Shown: positions 1-10,124 of the stretch, one piece after another
Numbering within the stretch: position 1 is the first letter of the stretch
Layout: each line of letters opens with the position of its first letter
Assembly: GCA_964470695.1 (NCBI GenBank)
Contig: CAYYDR010000001.1
Location: 337,997 to 401,996 of the forward strand
From: an uncultured Gammaproteobacteria bacterium
GTDB taxonomy: Bacteria > Patescibacteriota > Patescibacteriia > Patescibacteriales > UBA12465
Reading direction: 5' to 3'
DNA: 64,000 nt
Made by a program: the position numbers and the translations under genes
Notes under the pieces: model-generated
What the model was told of the DNA's origin: nothing
Databases searched by the model: none
Seen by the model: only the letters and a program-made list of their open reading frames with translations

Positions 1-76
1 TGAGAGATTATCTAAGTTCCTTTTATTAAAAGCCGGATGTTGTACTAGCCGAAAAATTAATAGCACCACAATTTTA

Positions 77-346
77 ATGAACGCTTGTGGAAGCAATTGT
101 AATTTTAAGGAGGTAGACATCAAATATGATGTTGATAAAATAGGTTTCAAGCCTAATGAATTAGTGCAGTTTCCCGAAGAAGAGGGCGGCGGCATTGCCC
201 TATGCGTTGGGATATCGCTTAATGCCAAGGAGGTATATTTCATTCATGAAAAACACCCCCAAGGTTTGTCCTATTGGCCAGGATTAAATACGGCTGAACA
301 ATTTTTTCAAAAGGGATTTGCTAAGATCGGGACTTCGGCTGTCTGA
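77..346 (+). CDS. hypothetical small protein (89 aa)
   Basis: Intact ORF followed by a hairpin plus T-run. No motif recognised. Confidence 0.4.
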   Translation: MNACGSNCNFKEVDIKYDVDKIGFKPNELVQFPEEEGGGIALCVGISLNAKEVYFIHEKHPQGLSYWPGLNTAEQFFQKGFAKIGTSAV

Positions 347-362
347 TCTGGTAAATCTAAAA

Positions 363-390
363 GGCCCCTCTCCATGACGGGGCTTTTTTC
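363..390 (+). terminator. rho-independent terminator candidate
   Basis: GCCCC (364-368) pairs with GGGGC (379-383), followed by TTTTTT. Confidence 0.5.
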
Positions 391-453
391 ATTTTATTTT
401 CATTTGCTAAAAAATACGGGAAATAGTAAGATAAAAGCATAAAATATAACAAT

Positions 454-1743
454 ATGACCAAAGTTTTATCTAATCAAGAACCAAAAGGAACCCGGGATTG
501 GCTGCCGGAGGAGTTTTTGATTAGAAAATATATTTTTGATACCTGGCGCCGTGTTTGTCTCCGTTATGGCTTTGAGGAGTATCTGACGCCTTTAGTAGAG
601 AGCGCCGATATTTATCGGGCCAAATCTGGAGAAGATATAGGCGGAAAAGAGCTGGTTACTTTTACTGACTTAGGCGGGCGAGAGCTTTCCATTAGGCCAG
701 AGATGACTCCGTCAGTTACTCGTATGGTTACTAAAGTTTATGGCGCCAGCCCTAAACCTCTGAAATATTTTTCCATTGCTAATTTCATGCGCAATGAAAA
801 GCCGCAGCGAGGCCGTAATCGGGAATTTTGGCAACTCAATTGTGATATCTTCGGCTCGGACAATAAAAACGCTGATATTGAAATAATGCAATTGGCCCTA
901 GATTTAATGTTAGAGTTTGACGCCCCGCAAGATTCTTTTATTCTTTCCATTAATAACCGCAAACTAATTGACGCGGTTTTAGACTTAAGCGGGGCGGGGA
1001 AACTAGCTAAAGAGCAAAAGACGCTGGTGGTTAGGACCTTAGATAAATGGGCAAAATTAAGTCCAGAAGATATTAAGGAGCGTCTATCAGAGGCGGGCTT
1101 AAATGAGAAATCAGCCGAGATTATAAATAAATTCATGTCTAGCCGCAGCTTAGATGAGCTAGCGGAAAAATTACCTGAGCTAAAAGGCAATGAGGGGCTA
1201 GAAGAAACGGTTCAGGTCCTAGAGACGCTGGGCGATTTGGGCTATAGCGAGTTATTAGAGTTTAATCCGACGGTTATTCGCGGTTTTGATTATTATGATG
1301 GCTTAGTCTTTGAAGTCTTTGATAAGAATCCGGAAAATAATCGGGCGATGTTCGGCGGCGGACGCTATAACGGTTTAGCGGAAATTTTTGGTGAGAAGAA
1401 TTTTCCAGCCGTCGGCTTTGCGCCAGGCGACGAAACGACTAGATTATTTTTGGAAAGCTGGGGTTTATTAGGGCCGGTTTCTCAAGATACGCCTGATAGA
1501 TATTATTTGCCTTTATTAAATACTGATTTAGAAGTAGAGCTTAATAAGTTAGCTAAGGAATTAAGAGGGCAAGGTAAAAATGTTTTAGTCGGCTTTGAAG
1601 AGCAGAAAATAGGCAAGGCTCTAGAATTTGCCAATAAAAAAAATATTAACCAGGTTATTATTTTAGGCGAGGACGAAGCTAAGGCCGGAAAATATAAGAT
1701 AAAGAACATGAAGAGCGGGGAAGAAAGCGAGGGACAACTATAG
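454..1743 (+). CDS. hisS: histidyl-tRNA synthetase (class II)
   Basis: N-terminal GTRDWLPEE, RGFDYYDGLVFEVFD and GGGRYNGL motifs are typical of HisRS. The C-terminal anticodon-binding region is of normal length. Confidence 0.9.
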   Translation: MTKVLSNQEPKGTRDWLPEEFLIRKYIFDTWRRVCLRYGFEEYLTPLVESADIYRAKSGEDIGGKELVTFTDLGGRELSIRPEMTPSVTRMVTKVYGASPKPLKYFSIANFMRNEKPQRGRNREFWQLNCDIFGSDNKNADIEIMQLALDLMLEFDAPQDSFILSINNRKLIDAVLDLSGAGKLAKEQKTLVVRTLDKWAKLSPEDIKERLSEAGLNEKSAEIINKFMSSRSLDELAEKLPELKGNEGLEETVQVLETLGDLGYSELLEFNPTVIRGFDYYDGLVFEVFDKNPENNRAMFGGGRYNGLAEIFGEKNFPAVGFAPGDETTRLFLESWGLLGPVSQDTPDRYYLPLLNTDLEVELNKLAKELRGQGKNVLVGFEEQKIGKALEFANKKNINQVIILGEDEAKAGKYKIKNMKSGEESEGQL

Positions 1744-1774
1744 ATCAGATTTAGTAAATAAAGCGTTATAAATA

Positions 1775-1808
1775 AAAAATGGCTAGTAATAGCCATTTTT
1801 ATTTTTAT
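1775..1808 (+). terminator. rho-independent terminator
   Basis: Perfect 10-bp stem AAAAATGGCT/AGCCATTTTT with a 6-nt loop and a T-rich tail. Confidence 0.7.
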
Positions 1809-1897
1809 ACTATTGACTAGGAGCAAGTTTTGAGGTAATGTAGCTAAGGCTAATAATAAATATTTGTTTCATTCACAATTCAAAAAGGAGATTTAAA

Positions 1898-2341
1898 TTG
1901 AATAAAAACAAAACTTTAACGGTAGTTAGGTCCATTGTTTTTAGGGAGGACTTAATATTTGAACAAGTTAAAAAACACAGCCAAGATCTGGCTAAATTGT
2001 TTGAAAAAATCATTAAGGCCGATATCAATGTCACTTTTATTACTAGTGACATCCATAAGCTGTTAGTCGCTTTAAGCAATGTTAAAGTTAATGAGTTTAA
2101 AAAACTCGTTTTACTTAGCGACTTTGACGATGCGCGTCATAGTAAGAAGAAAAATCTGAAGAAGATTTTGCGCGAGGTTTTAGATAGTAGTGGCATTGAA
2201 GCATCGGAAACCATGGTCATCAGCAATTCTAAGGATGATATTCCGTATGCTAGCGTTTTGGACATGCAATTTGTACTAGTAAGTCACAAAAAAGTAGATA
2301 ATTATAAAAATGTGATTAATGTCTCAAATATTTCTCTTTAA
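1898..2341 (+). CDS. hypothetical protein, possibly a degenerate HAD-like fold
   Basis: TTG start 7 nt after AAGGAG. C-terminal VISNSKDDIPYA resembles HAD motif IV, but no DxD nucleophile motif is seen. Confidence 0.5.
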   Translation: MNKNKTLTVVRSIVFREDLIFEQVKKHSQDLAKLFEKIIKADINVTFITSDIHKLLVALSNVKVNEFKKLVLLSDFDDARHSKKKNLKKILREVLDSSGIEASETMVISNSKDDIPYASVLDMQFVLVSHKKVDNYKNVINVSNISL

Positions 2342-2376
2342 TCGTTTTAAGAAAGGGTTGAAAAAATTAGCTAGAC

Positions 2377-2406
2377 AGCGTCTTTATTAATAAGACGCTT
2401 TTTTAT
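2377..2406 (+). terminator. rho-independent terminator
   Basis: AGCGTCTT / AAGACGCT stem with a 7-nt loop and a T-run. Confidence 0.7.
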
Positions 2407-2413
2407 TTTTCGG

Positions 2414-2442
2414 TTGACTAAGGCTAGCAAAAATGGTTTAAT
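2414..2442 (+). promoter_or_regulatory. sigma70-type promoter candidate for the glycan locus
   Basis: TTGACT, 17-nt spacer, TGgTTTAAT (extended -10). Confidence 0.5.
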
Positions 2443-2502
2443 ATTGAAATAAATAGAGACTACCTAAAACAGCCATAATAAACTTATTCGGTTAAGGAAA
2501 AT

Positions 2503-3444
2503 ATGGAAAATAAGCCATTAATTTCTATAGTCGTACCGATTTATAATGAAGCGGAAAATATTCCGAATTTTTTTGTGTCTTTAGTAAAAATTTTGCTCGG
2601 TCTAGAGACAAAATATGATTGGGAAATAATATTTGTTGATGACGGTAGTCGCGATACTTCAGTTAGTGAATTAAGTAAAATAAATGATAATAGAGTTCGT
2701 GTTATAGAATTATCCCGTAATTTTGGTAAAGAGGCGGCACTGAGCGCCGGGCTTAGCCAGGCCAGAGGCGAGGCGGCGATAATGATAGATGCCGATTTCC
2801 AGCACCCCATGGAACTTATTCCAGAATTAGTTAAGAAATGGGAAGCGGGCGCTGAGGTTGTAGTCGGAGTGAGAAATAAAAATAAGAAGGCCGGCCTTAT
2901 TAAACGCGCCGGTTCTTTTGTTTTTTATAAAGTTATTAGTCATATCTCGGCTTTAGAAATGAAGCCTAACGAAACGGATTTTCGCTTGGTTAGTCGCGAG
3001 GTTATTAATGCTTTCAATAAGCTAACAGAAACGAACCGGATGACTAGAGCGCTTATTGATTGGCTCGGATTTAAGCGGGATTATCTTTATTTTGAGGCTA
3101 ATGAAAGGGCAGACGGCCATGCCGGCTATAGTATTCCTAAGTTGATTAGCTTGGCCCTTAATAGTTTTGTATCTTTAAGCTTGTTACCTCTTAAACTAGC
3201 GGGGTATCTCGGCATATTTATTACCATCACCATCGGACCATTCGGATTTTATGTCATGATAGGGAAATATATTTTTAATTGGGTCTATGCCTCTAGTTTT
3301 TCTGGGCCCGCTCAACTCGCCCTACTTATTACTTTTTTAGTCGGAGTAATTTTAAGCTCCTTAGGTTTAGTCGCTCTATATATAGCGCATATTCACCGCG
3401 AAGTTTTAGGGCGGCCGCTTTATATTATTAGATATAAGAAATAA
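2503..3444 (+). CDS. GT2 polyprenol-phosphate glycosyltransferase (GtrB/ArnC/DPM1-like)
   Basis: ISIVVPIYNEAENI...FVDDGSRDTS...IDADFQHP GT-A motifs, plus two C-terminal TM helices as in GtrB-type enzymes. Confidence 0.85.
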   Translation: MENKPLISIVVPIYNEAENIPNFFVSLVKILLGLETKYDWEIIFVDDGSRDTSVSELSKINDNRVRVIELSRNFGKEAALSAGLSQARGEAAIMIDADFQHPMELIPELVKKWEAGAEVVVGVRNKNKKAGLIKRAGSFVFYKVISHISALEMKPNETDFRLVSREVINAFNKLTETNRMTRALIDWLGFKRDYLYFEANERADGHAGYSIPKLISLALNSFVSLSLLPLKLAGYLGIFITITIGPFGFYVMIGKYIFNWVYASSFSGPAQLALLITFLVGVILSSLGLVALYIAHIHREVLGRPLYIIRYKK

Positions 3445-3454
3445 CCATAATTTT

Positions 3455-3748
3455 ATGTTTAATTATCATTTAGATGATCAAATAGGTAAAGACCATTTAG
3501 TTAACGAATCTAAGAATGAGTATAAAGAGCTAGAGGATAAAGACCCAGGTGACGATGATTTAAGCGAAGAGGAATTAATGAAGTTGCAGAGTGATCCAGA
3601 TAGAGGCCATTTAGAAGCAGAGAAAATTACCGAGGAACGCCGCTTGGCGGAGTTACAGGCTAAAAAAGATGAAGAAGAATTAGAAGAAATTCGCCGTAAC
3701 CGCGAGGAAGATATAGAACAAAATAGAAAAGATAATGTTCGTTTTTAG
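3455..3748 (+). CDS. hypothetical highly charged (Glu/Asp/Lys/Arg-rich) protein
   Basis: 97-aa ORF in the operon gap. Low-complexity acidic coiled-coil-like sequence. Confidence 0.45.
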   Translation: MFNYHLDDQIGKDHLVNESKNEYKELEDKDPGDDDLSEEELMKLQSDPDRGHLEAEKITEERRLAELQAKKDEEELEEIRRNREEDIEQNRKDNVRF

Positions 3749-3786
3749 ATTTTTAGAATTATTAAAAATTAATTTTTTATACTAGC

Positions 3787-4656
3787 ATGAGCAAGGCGAA
3801 AGCATTGGTCGGGTTTATCGGCCAGGGATTTATTGGAAAAAACATGGCGGATGATTTTGAGGCGAGAGGATATAAAATAGTTCGTTATGATAATGAAGGA
3901 TATAAGGCTAATAAAGATTTAATTAAGACCTGCGACTTTGTTTTTGTTGCTGTGCCGACACCCAGCACGCCTAAAGGTTTTGACGCTAGTATTTTGCGTG
4001 AAGTCTTGCGGCTAGTCGGAGATGGTAAGACGGCCGTTATTAAATCAACGATTAAAATCGGGACAACGGAAAAATTTCAGAAGCTATATCCGAAGAAATA
4101 TATTTTGCATTCCCCGGAATTTTTAACCGAAAAAAATGCCGTACGCGATACGAAATTCCCGCCCCGTAATATTATTGGTTATACCAAAAAGTCTAAAGTA
4201 AAAGCGGCCGAAGTTTTAAAATTATTGCCTAAGTCTCCTCATAACTTTTTAGTTAATAGTCGGGAAGCGGAATTAGTTAAGTACATGGGTAATAATTTTT
4301 TATTTTTAAAAGTAATTTTTGCTAATGTCGTTTATAATTTAGCGAAGCGAAATAAAGTTAACTATGATATTGTCGCTGATATTGTCGGGCATGATTCTCG
4401 CATCGGCCATAGCCATTTAGCCGTCACGCATCAGAGCGGACCGAAGACAAAAATGGGCCGTGGCGCCGGCGGACACTGTTTTCTTAAAGATATGTCGGCT
4501 TTTGTAGAAATGTTTAGAGAGGCAAAACTTAAGAGTAAGGAAGATAGAATTGCACTGGAGTTTTTAAATCAAGCCGTTAAGTTAAATAATCAGCTGCTCT
4601 TAGATACAGGGAAGGATTTAGACTTATTAAAAGGGGTTTATAGAATAAAAAAATAG
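3787..4656 (+). CDS. UDP-glucose/GDP-mannose dehydrogenase family protein, short form without the C-terminal domain
   Basis: GFIGQGFIGKNM Rossmann motif, SPEFLTEKNAVRD..P.RNIIG, and catalytic-Cys motif GGHCFLKD. The ORF stops about 55 aa after the Cys. Confidence 0.7.
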   Translation: MSKAKALVGFIGQGFIGKNMADDFEARGYKIVRYDNEGYKANKDLIKTCDFVFVAVPTPSTPKGFDASILREVLRLVGDGKTAVIKSTIKIGTTEKFQKLYPKKYILHSPEFLTEKNAVRDTKFPPRNIIGYTKKSKVKAAEVLKLLPKSPHNFLVNSREAELVKYMGNNFLFLKVIFANVVYNLAKRNKVNYDIVADIVGHDSRIGHSHLAVTHQSGPKTKMGRGAGGHCFLKDMSAFVEMFREAKLKSKEDRIALEFLNQAVKLNNQLLLDTGKDLDLLKGVYRIKK

Positions 4657-4659
4657 ATT

Positions 4660-5592
4660 ATGAGAATTCTTGTAACCGGCGGCGCTGGGTTCATTGGTTC
4701 ACATCTTTGCAAAAGACTTTTAGACGAAGGTCATGAAGTAATTTGTGTTGATAATTTTTTTACTGGTAATAAGGAAAATATTTTATCGCTTTTTAAAAAT
4801 CCAAAATTTGAAATTTTGCGCCATGATGTTACTATGCCACTATATGTAGAAGTTGATCAGATTTATAATCTAGCTTGCCCGGCTTCCCCGGTTCATTATC
4901 AATTTGATCCAGTTCAAACTACTAAGACCTCGGTCCACGGCGCTATTAATATGTTGGGACTGGCTAAGCGAACTAAGGCTACTATTCTTCAGACTTCCAC
5001 CTCTGAAGTGTATGGCGACCCTGAGGTTCACCCACAGTCGGAAACATATTGGGGTAAAGTTAATTGTATTGGTATTAGATCTTGCTATGACGAGGGGAAG
5101 CGTTGTGCAGAAACATTATTTTTTGATTATTACCGTCAGTATCAGGTTGATATCAGGGTGGTTAGAATTTTTAATACTTATGGCCCAAACATGCATCCGC
5201 ATGACGGTCGCGTCGTTTCTAATTTTATTGTTCAGGCTTTAAAAAATGAGAATATTACAATTTATGGTGATGGTTCGCAGACTCGGAGCTTCCAGTATGT
5301 TGATGATTTAATTGAGGCGCTAATTAAAATGATGAATAATCAGGGGAAATTTGTCGGGCCAGTTAATATCGGTAACCCAGGGGAATTTACCATTAAAGAA
5401 TTAGCGGATTTAGTTTTAAAATTAATTCCAGAGAGTACTAGTAAAATAGTTTATAAAGACTTACCGGCCGATGATCCAAGGCAGAGGAAACCTGATATAT
5501 CATTAGCGAAAGATAAATTAGACTGGGAACCGAAGATTAATTTAGAAGAAGGCTTAAAAAAGACAATTGAATATTTTAGAGGGAAGATATAA
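4660..5592 (+). CDS. uxs: UDP-glucuronate decarboxylase (UDP-xylose synthase)
   Basis: [40 protein letters not shown]: canonical UXS-type SDR. Confidence 0.9.
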   Translation: MRILVTGGAGFIGSHLCKRLLDEGHEVICVDNFFTGNKENILSLFKNPKFEILRHDVTMPLYVEVDQIYNLACPASPVHYQFDPVQTTKTSVHGAINMLGLAKRTKATILQTSTSEVYGDPEVHPQSETYWGKVNCIGIRSCYDEGKRCAETLFFDYYRQYQVDIRVVRIFNTYGPNMHPHDGRVVSNFIVQALKNENITIYGDGSQTRSFQYVDDLIEALIKMMNNQGKFVGPVNIGNPGEFTIKELADLVLKLIPESTSKIVYKDLPADDPRQRKPDISLAKDKLDWEPKINLEEGLKKTIEYFRGKI

Positions 5593-5605
5593 ATAAAATT
5601 TTGTT

Positions 5606-6427
5606 ATGTCAGCTAGCCCCAAAGTTTCAGTATTAATGCCCGCTTATAATGCTGAGAAATATATTGGCGAGGCCATAGAAAGCATTTTAAATCAAACTTT
5701 TAAAGATTTTGAGTTTATTATAATTGATGACTGTTCTACGGATAATACATGGGGAATTATTCAGAAGTATGCCGAGAAAGATAATAGAATTGTTATTTTG
5801 AGAAATGAGAAAAATAGTAAAATACCGAAGACGCTTAATCGCGGGCTATCTATTAGTAGGGGAAAATATATAGCTAGAGTTGACGCTGATGATTGGAGTT
5901 ATCCATATCGTTTAGATAAGCAGATCAATTTTATGGAGTCTCATCCGGAAGTTGGTGTGAGTGGTGGAAACATGGAGGTTTGTGACGAAACCATGAATAA
6001 GATAGGTCTACGTCGGTATAATTTAGACGATGGAAAAATTAGAAAAAAAATTTTTCGGTATAGCCCATTTTCTCATCCTTTAATTATATTTAGAGCTGAT
6101 GTCGCCCAGAATCTCAGAGGTTACAACGAGGATTTATCTGACGCGGAAGATTATGATCTTTACTTTAGAATCGGCCGCTATTATAAGTTTTCTAATCTTG
6201 ATGATATTTTGCTCAAATATCGTGTGACTAAAAATTCTTTTTCTCATAGTCGTGTTAAAAAACAAGAATTGGTTACTTTATATGTGAGACTAAAAGCAAT
6301 AAAAGAGTATGGATATAAAATGGAGTTTGGAGATATTATTTATTTTATTTTTCAATTAGTTGGTATTTTTTTAACCCCCGGGTCGGTAAAAGTTTGGTTA
6401 TTTAATTTTTTTAGAAATGAATCTTAA
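5606..6427 (+). CDS. GT2 glycosyltransferase
   Basis: VSVLMPAYNAEKYIGEAIESILNQTFKDFEFIIIDDCSTDNT and VDADD motifs. Confidence 0.85.
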   Translation: MSASPKVSVLMPAYNAEKYIGEAIESILNQTFKDFEFIIIDDCSTDNTWGIIQKYAEKDNRIVILRNEKNSKIPKTLNRGLSISRGKYIARVDADDWSYPYRLDKQINFMESHPEVGVSGGNMEVCDETMNKIGLRRYNLDDGKIRKKIFRYSPFSHPLIIFRADVAQNLRGYNEDLSDAEDYDLYFRIGRYYKFSNLDDILLKYRVTKNSFSHSRVKKQELVTLYVRLKAIKEYGYKMEFGDIIYFIFQLVGIFLTPGSVKVWLFNFFRNES

Positions 6428-7580
6428 AGATAAAAAGATAGCTATATATACACATAATTCTGGCGGGACAGGTAATTATGACGATGAGCTGTATAGTTTC
6501 TTGATAAAGAATAGTTGTCGCAATATTTTAAAAGTTGATTTTCCTTTTGGCCAAAAATCAGTAAAATCAATTAGAGTTAAAGAGTTTAAAGATGGTAGAA
6601 CTGTAAAAGATTATCAATCTTTTATCAAGTTTTCTACGCCCATTTTGATTTCTTATTTTAAGGATTTTGTCTATGGTATGATTTTTGGTTTTTTTTCTTT
6701 ACGTAAAACAGATTTATTTTTTGGTATTGATAATTTATTAGTTTTTGTTGGCATACTATTTAAAAGAATAGGCTACGTTAAAAGGGTTGCTTACGTAGTC
6801 TATGATTATACCCCGAGACGTTATAATAATAAATTATTAAATTTAATTTATTGCAATTTAGATCGTTTTTGTCTTTATAATTCAGATTTCGTTTTGCCAT
6901 TAAATAAAGAAATGATTGAGGGGAGAATTAAAGATAGAGATTTAGATGGTTCAAAAATAAATTATATTGTCTGTCCATTTGGTAATAATTCTCTCGCGCC
7001 GATTGGAGGCATGACGACTGATAATTATGAGAGTCGAAAAATAGTTTATTTTGGCCAGGTTACTAAAGATAAAGGAGCCGAATTATTTGTGCCAATTGTT
7101 AAATCGTTATTGGAAAAAAATTTTATCGATTTCAAACTCGTTGTGATAGGTGGGGGAGATACTGAATATTTGAAGACTGAAGTGGCTAAAAATAACTTAG
7201 ATCTATACTTTAATATTCTAGGTAGGGTCAATGATGTTGAAAAAATAGAAAAAGAGTTGCGTTCCTGCTCCTTGGCTTTAGCCCCTTATTATCCGGAGGA
7301 TATGAATAATTTTTCCTATTATGCCGATCCGGGGAAGGTTAAGTTTTACTTAGGCTGTGGTTTGCCAATTATTATAACCGCCGTGCCACCTATAGCTAAA
7401 GTTTTAGAATCTAATGGTTCTGGCATTATCTCAAGGTATGATGCTGAAGAATATTCTATGCACATTTCAGATTTGCTGTCTAATCGGTTAGAATATTTGA
7501 AATTTAGAGATAGGGCAATTATTTTTGGCAAAGAGTTTGATTGGAATATAATTTTTGCTAATTTATTTAATAGAATATAA
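6417..7580 (+). CDS. GT4-like (GT-B) glycosyltransferase
   Basis: C-terminal half FGQVTKDKGAELF..VVIGGG has GT-B Glycos_transf_1-like organisation. Overlaps the upstream stop by 11 nt. Confidence 0.65.
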   Translation: MNLKDKKIAIYTHNSGGTGNYDDELYSFLIKNSCRNILKVDFPFGQKSVKSIRVKEFKDGRTVKDYQSFIKFSTPILISYFKDFVYGMIFGFFSLRKTDLFFGIDNLLVFVGILFKRIGYVKRVAYVVYDYTPRRYNNKLLNLIYCNLDRFCLYNSDFVLPLNKEMIEGRIKDRDLDGSKINYIVCPFGNNSLAPIGGMTTDNYESRKIVYFGQVTKDKGAELFVPIVKSLLEKNFIDFKLVVIGGGDTEYLKTEVAKNNLDLYFNILGRVNDVEKIEKELRSCSLALAPYYPEDMNNFSYYADPGKVKFYLGCGLPIIITAVPPIAKVLESNGSGIISRYDAEEYSMHISDLLSNRLEYLKFRDRAIIFGKEFDWNIIFANLFNRI

Positions 7581-8507
7581 ATGTTCAAAGATTTTTTAAA
7601 TTACATATGTTGTCCTGTTTGTAAAAGTGATTTACTGATTACGGAAAATATTTTGTCATGCCAAAAATGTTGTAAGGAGTATTTAGTAGATGATGGAATT
7701 ATTAAATTTGATAGCTCGTTATCTAGCGATCTATTACTATCTGCGGAGAAGTGGAATAAGCTTTATGACCATCAATTAATGAATGGTGGCTATATAAAAG
7801 AGTTTGATAATTATAACAAAACATATTCAGATAGTACAATAGGGCAAATTCTAGATGTGAAATCTAATAGGGAATCATATCTAGAAATAGGTTGTGGTCC
7901 GTTTTTTAATGGAGTAAGGCTGGGAAAAGAATTCAGTGTGATAATAGGCATAGATATTTGTTTAAGTTCTCTCGTTGTGGCAAAAAGAATATTTTTAGAA
8001 AACAACATTAAAAATTATATTCTGATACAGGGAGATATATTAAATATGCCAATTAAAGAAAATACAATTGATTTTATTTATGGCGGAGGTGTGATTGAGC
8101 ATTTTAAAAATACCATGCAATGCGTAAAAGAATTATATCGTTGTTTAAAAAACTCTGGTATTAGCATGAACACAATTCCATATCTTAATATAGGATCCTT
8201 AACTTATAGGCAGATTTGGGGAAATATCCCAAATTTTCCAATAATTAGGGAAATGGCTGAAATAGTCCATTTGAGGTTGCTGAGAGGTAAGCACATGACA
8301 TTTGGTTATGAATATTCTTTCACGATGTCTGGCATAAAGAGGGTGCATGTGTCGTCTGGTTTTAAAAAAAATAAAATAAAAGTTGAAAAACTAGAAGTTA
8401 ATTTAATTTTTGAATTTTTGCCAGCGCGGATAAGGTGTGCGGCAAGGTATTTAGCTAGTCACTCTAGATTATTTTGGCCAATGATAAAAATCATAGCTAT
8501 GAAATGA
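7581..8507 (+). CDS. class I SAM-dependent methyltransferase with N-terminal Trm112-like zinc ribbon
   Basis: CPVCKSDL..CQKC..DDGIIKF zinc ribbon, then motif I YLEIGCGPF. Confidence 0.75.
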   Translation: MFKDFLNYICCPVCKSDLLITENILSCQKCCKEYLVDDGIIKFDSSLSSDLLLSAEKWNKLYDHQLMNGGYIKEFDNYNKTYSDSTIGQILDVKSNRESYLEIGCGPFFNGVRLGKEFSVIIGIDICLSSLVVAKRIFLENNIKNYILIQGDILNMPIKENTIDFIYGGGVIEHFKNTMQCVKELYRCLKNSGISMNTIPYLNIGSLTYRQIWGNIPNFPIIREMAEIVHLRLLRGKHMTFGYEYSFTMSGIKRVHVSSGFKKNKIKVEKLEVNLIFEFLPARIRCAARYLASHSRLFWPMIKIIAMK

Positions 8508-8508
8508 T

Positions 8509-9063
8509 ATGAATATAATAACAAAAACTGTTAGTTATTTTTTTAATCAAATAGCACATTTATATTTTAGAAAAAAAATTATTTTTGGCTCAAATACTTT
8601 ATTTTATTATCCATTTTTTGCAATAGCAAAAAGAGGAAGAATTATTATAGGTAATAATTGTAAATTAAATTGCTACTTAGTGGTAGATGGGGATGGTCTT
8701 ATTAAGATTGGGAATAACTGCTCTATAGGGAAAAATACATCAATAAGATCTTCTAAATCTATAGAGATGGGTAATCATGTTTTAATTTCGGCGGAGGTTA
8801 TAGTTTTGGATAATAATAGTCATTCCTTAGATTATTTAGAAAGAAGAAAAGATATAGATTTTTCTAGATATGGTTACAAAACGGCACAATCAAAATCAAT
8901 CTTAATAGGAAATGATGTTTGGGTTGGTAGAAGAGCGTTGATACTAAAGGGTGTCAGAATTGGAGATAGATCGATTATTGCAGCGGGTAGCGTAGTCACT
9001 AAAGATGTGCCGGAAGATTGTGTTATGGCTGGGAATCCGGCAATAATTGTTAAACATTTATGA
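8509..9063 (+). CDS. hexapeptide-repeat (LbH) O-acetyltransferase
   Basis: IGNNC/IGKNT/IGNDVWVGRRALILKGVRIGDRSIIAAGSVVTKDVP..AGNPA repeats. Confidence 0.8.
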   Translation: MNIITKTVSYFFNQIAHLYFRKKIIFGSNTLFYYPFFAIAKRGRIIIGNNCKLNCYLVVDGDGLIKIGNNCSIGKNTSIRSSKSIEMGNHVLISAEVIVLDNNSHSLDYLERRKDIDFSRYGYKTAQSKSILIGNDVWVGRRALILKGVRIGDRSIIAAGSVVTKDVPEDCVMAGNPAIIVKHL

Positions 9064-10124
9064 AAATTTTGTATCATTTTCCATCGCCAGATACCACCAA
9101 TGCTTATAGAACAATATATAATGGTTTTAAAAACGCCTTTATTGATCTTGGTCATGAATTTTACGTTTTAACAGCCGATGGCAATTTAGAGAATATATTG
9201 CGCGATGTAAACCCGGATATATTTATAACTAGTAGCCATTTTTTTTATCAGAAATATCTGGATTATGATTTATTAAAAAAATATAGGGATCGGGGTATGA
9301 TTGTTTTTACAAAAATTGATTTTTGGAATTCACCATTTGGAGTGACCTCATTTAATGAGGCAAAAAGTTTAAAGAATGATTATAAGACCGTTTCTTTGAT
9401 AAAGAAAAATTTATTAGGCGACGTTTTTTTTCATGTGGTAGAGCAGGGCGATGAAAGAATGAGTGGGTTTAAAGAGGCAACTGGTTTCGATTATTATACT
9501 ATCCCGCTTGCTGCCGATAAAATAGTTTTAAAAAATGAATTTGATAGTAAATTTAAAGCTGATATTTCTTTCGTCGGGACATATTTATCTCAGAAAAAAT
9601 TATTTTTTGAGAATTACGTTTTTCCTTTAAAAGAAAAATATCGTCTTAAAATATATGGTCAAAATTGGTCCCGCTACGAAAGATTTGTTAACTTTATACA
9701 AAAGATTGGACAATATTTTAATATTCCATATTTAAAATCAGTTATCAAACCGAAACTAAGTTTAGAAGATGAAGGTAAAATATATAATTCTTCTTTAATC
9801 TCAATTAATGTCCATGAAGATTATCAAAAAAAATATGGTGGAGATTGTAATGAAAGAACTTTCAAAATTCCGCTTAGTGGTGGATTCGAAATTTGTGATG
9901 ATGTCGCTTGTATAAGAAAATATTTTAAAGAAGGTGAGGAGATTGTGATAGCTAAAGACAGAGAAGATTGGTTTAATAAGATAAAATATTATATTGAAAA
10001 TCCGAGGGAGAGGGATAATATTATTAAAAGAGGTATGGATCGAGTATTGTGTGATCATACCTATCATAATAGAGCTAAGCAAATTTTAGATATATATAGT
10101 CATGTAAAATATGGAAAAAATTAG
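9060..10124 (+). CDS. CgeB-family (Glyco_trans_1_2-like) glycosyltransferase
   Basis: C-terminal NERTFKIPLSGGFEICDD...ENPRER..I..G...VL.DHTYHNRA matches my memory of CgeB-like proteins. ATGA start/stop overlap with the upstream gene. Confidence 0.6.
   Translation: MKILYHFPSPDTTNAYRTIYNGFKNAFIDLGHEFYVLTADGNLENILRDVNPDIFITSSHFFYQKYLDYDLLKKYRDRGMIVFTKIDFWNSPFGVTSFNEAKSLKNDYKTVSLIKKNLLGDVFFHVVEQGDERMSGFKEATGFDYYTIPLAADKIVLKNEFDSKFKADISFVGTYLSQKKLFFENYVFPLKEKYRLKIYGQNWSRYERFVNFIQKIGQYFNIPYLKSVIKPKLSLEDEGKIYNSSLISINVHEDYQKKYGGDCNERTFKIPLSGGFEICDDVACIRKYFKEGEEIVIAKDREDWFNKIKYYIENPRERDNIIKRGMDRVLCDHTYHNRAKQILDIYSHVKYGKN

Noticed and set aside
738-1190. Antisense or out-of-frame ORFs from the six-frame track that lie wholly inside confident genes. 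Examples: 738-1190(-), 1503-1826(-), 2541-2810(-), 4904-5242(+), 18435-18707(-), 18499-18723(+), 20288-20563(+), 24647-24979(-), 26227-26499(-), 33575-33817(-), 43462-43839(-), 48628-48918(-), 57041-57645(+), 63528-63749(+).
   Set aside because: Each is embedded in a longer ORF with clear family motifs on the other strand or frame. Their translations are low-complexity or Ser/Leu/Arg-rich, as expected for shadow ORFs.
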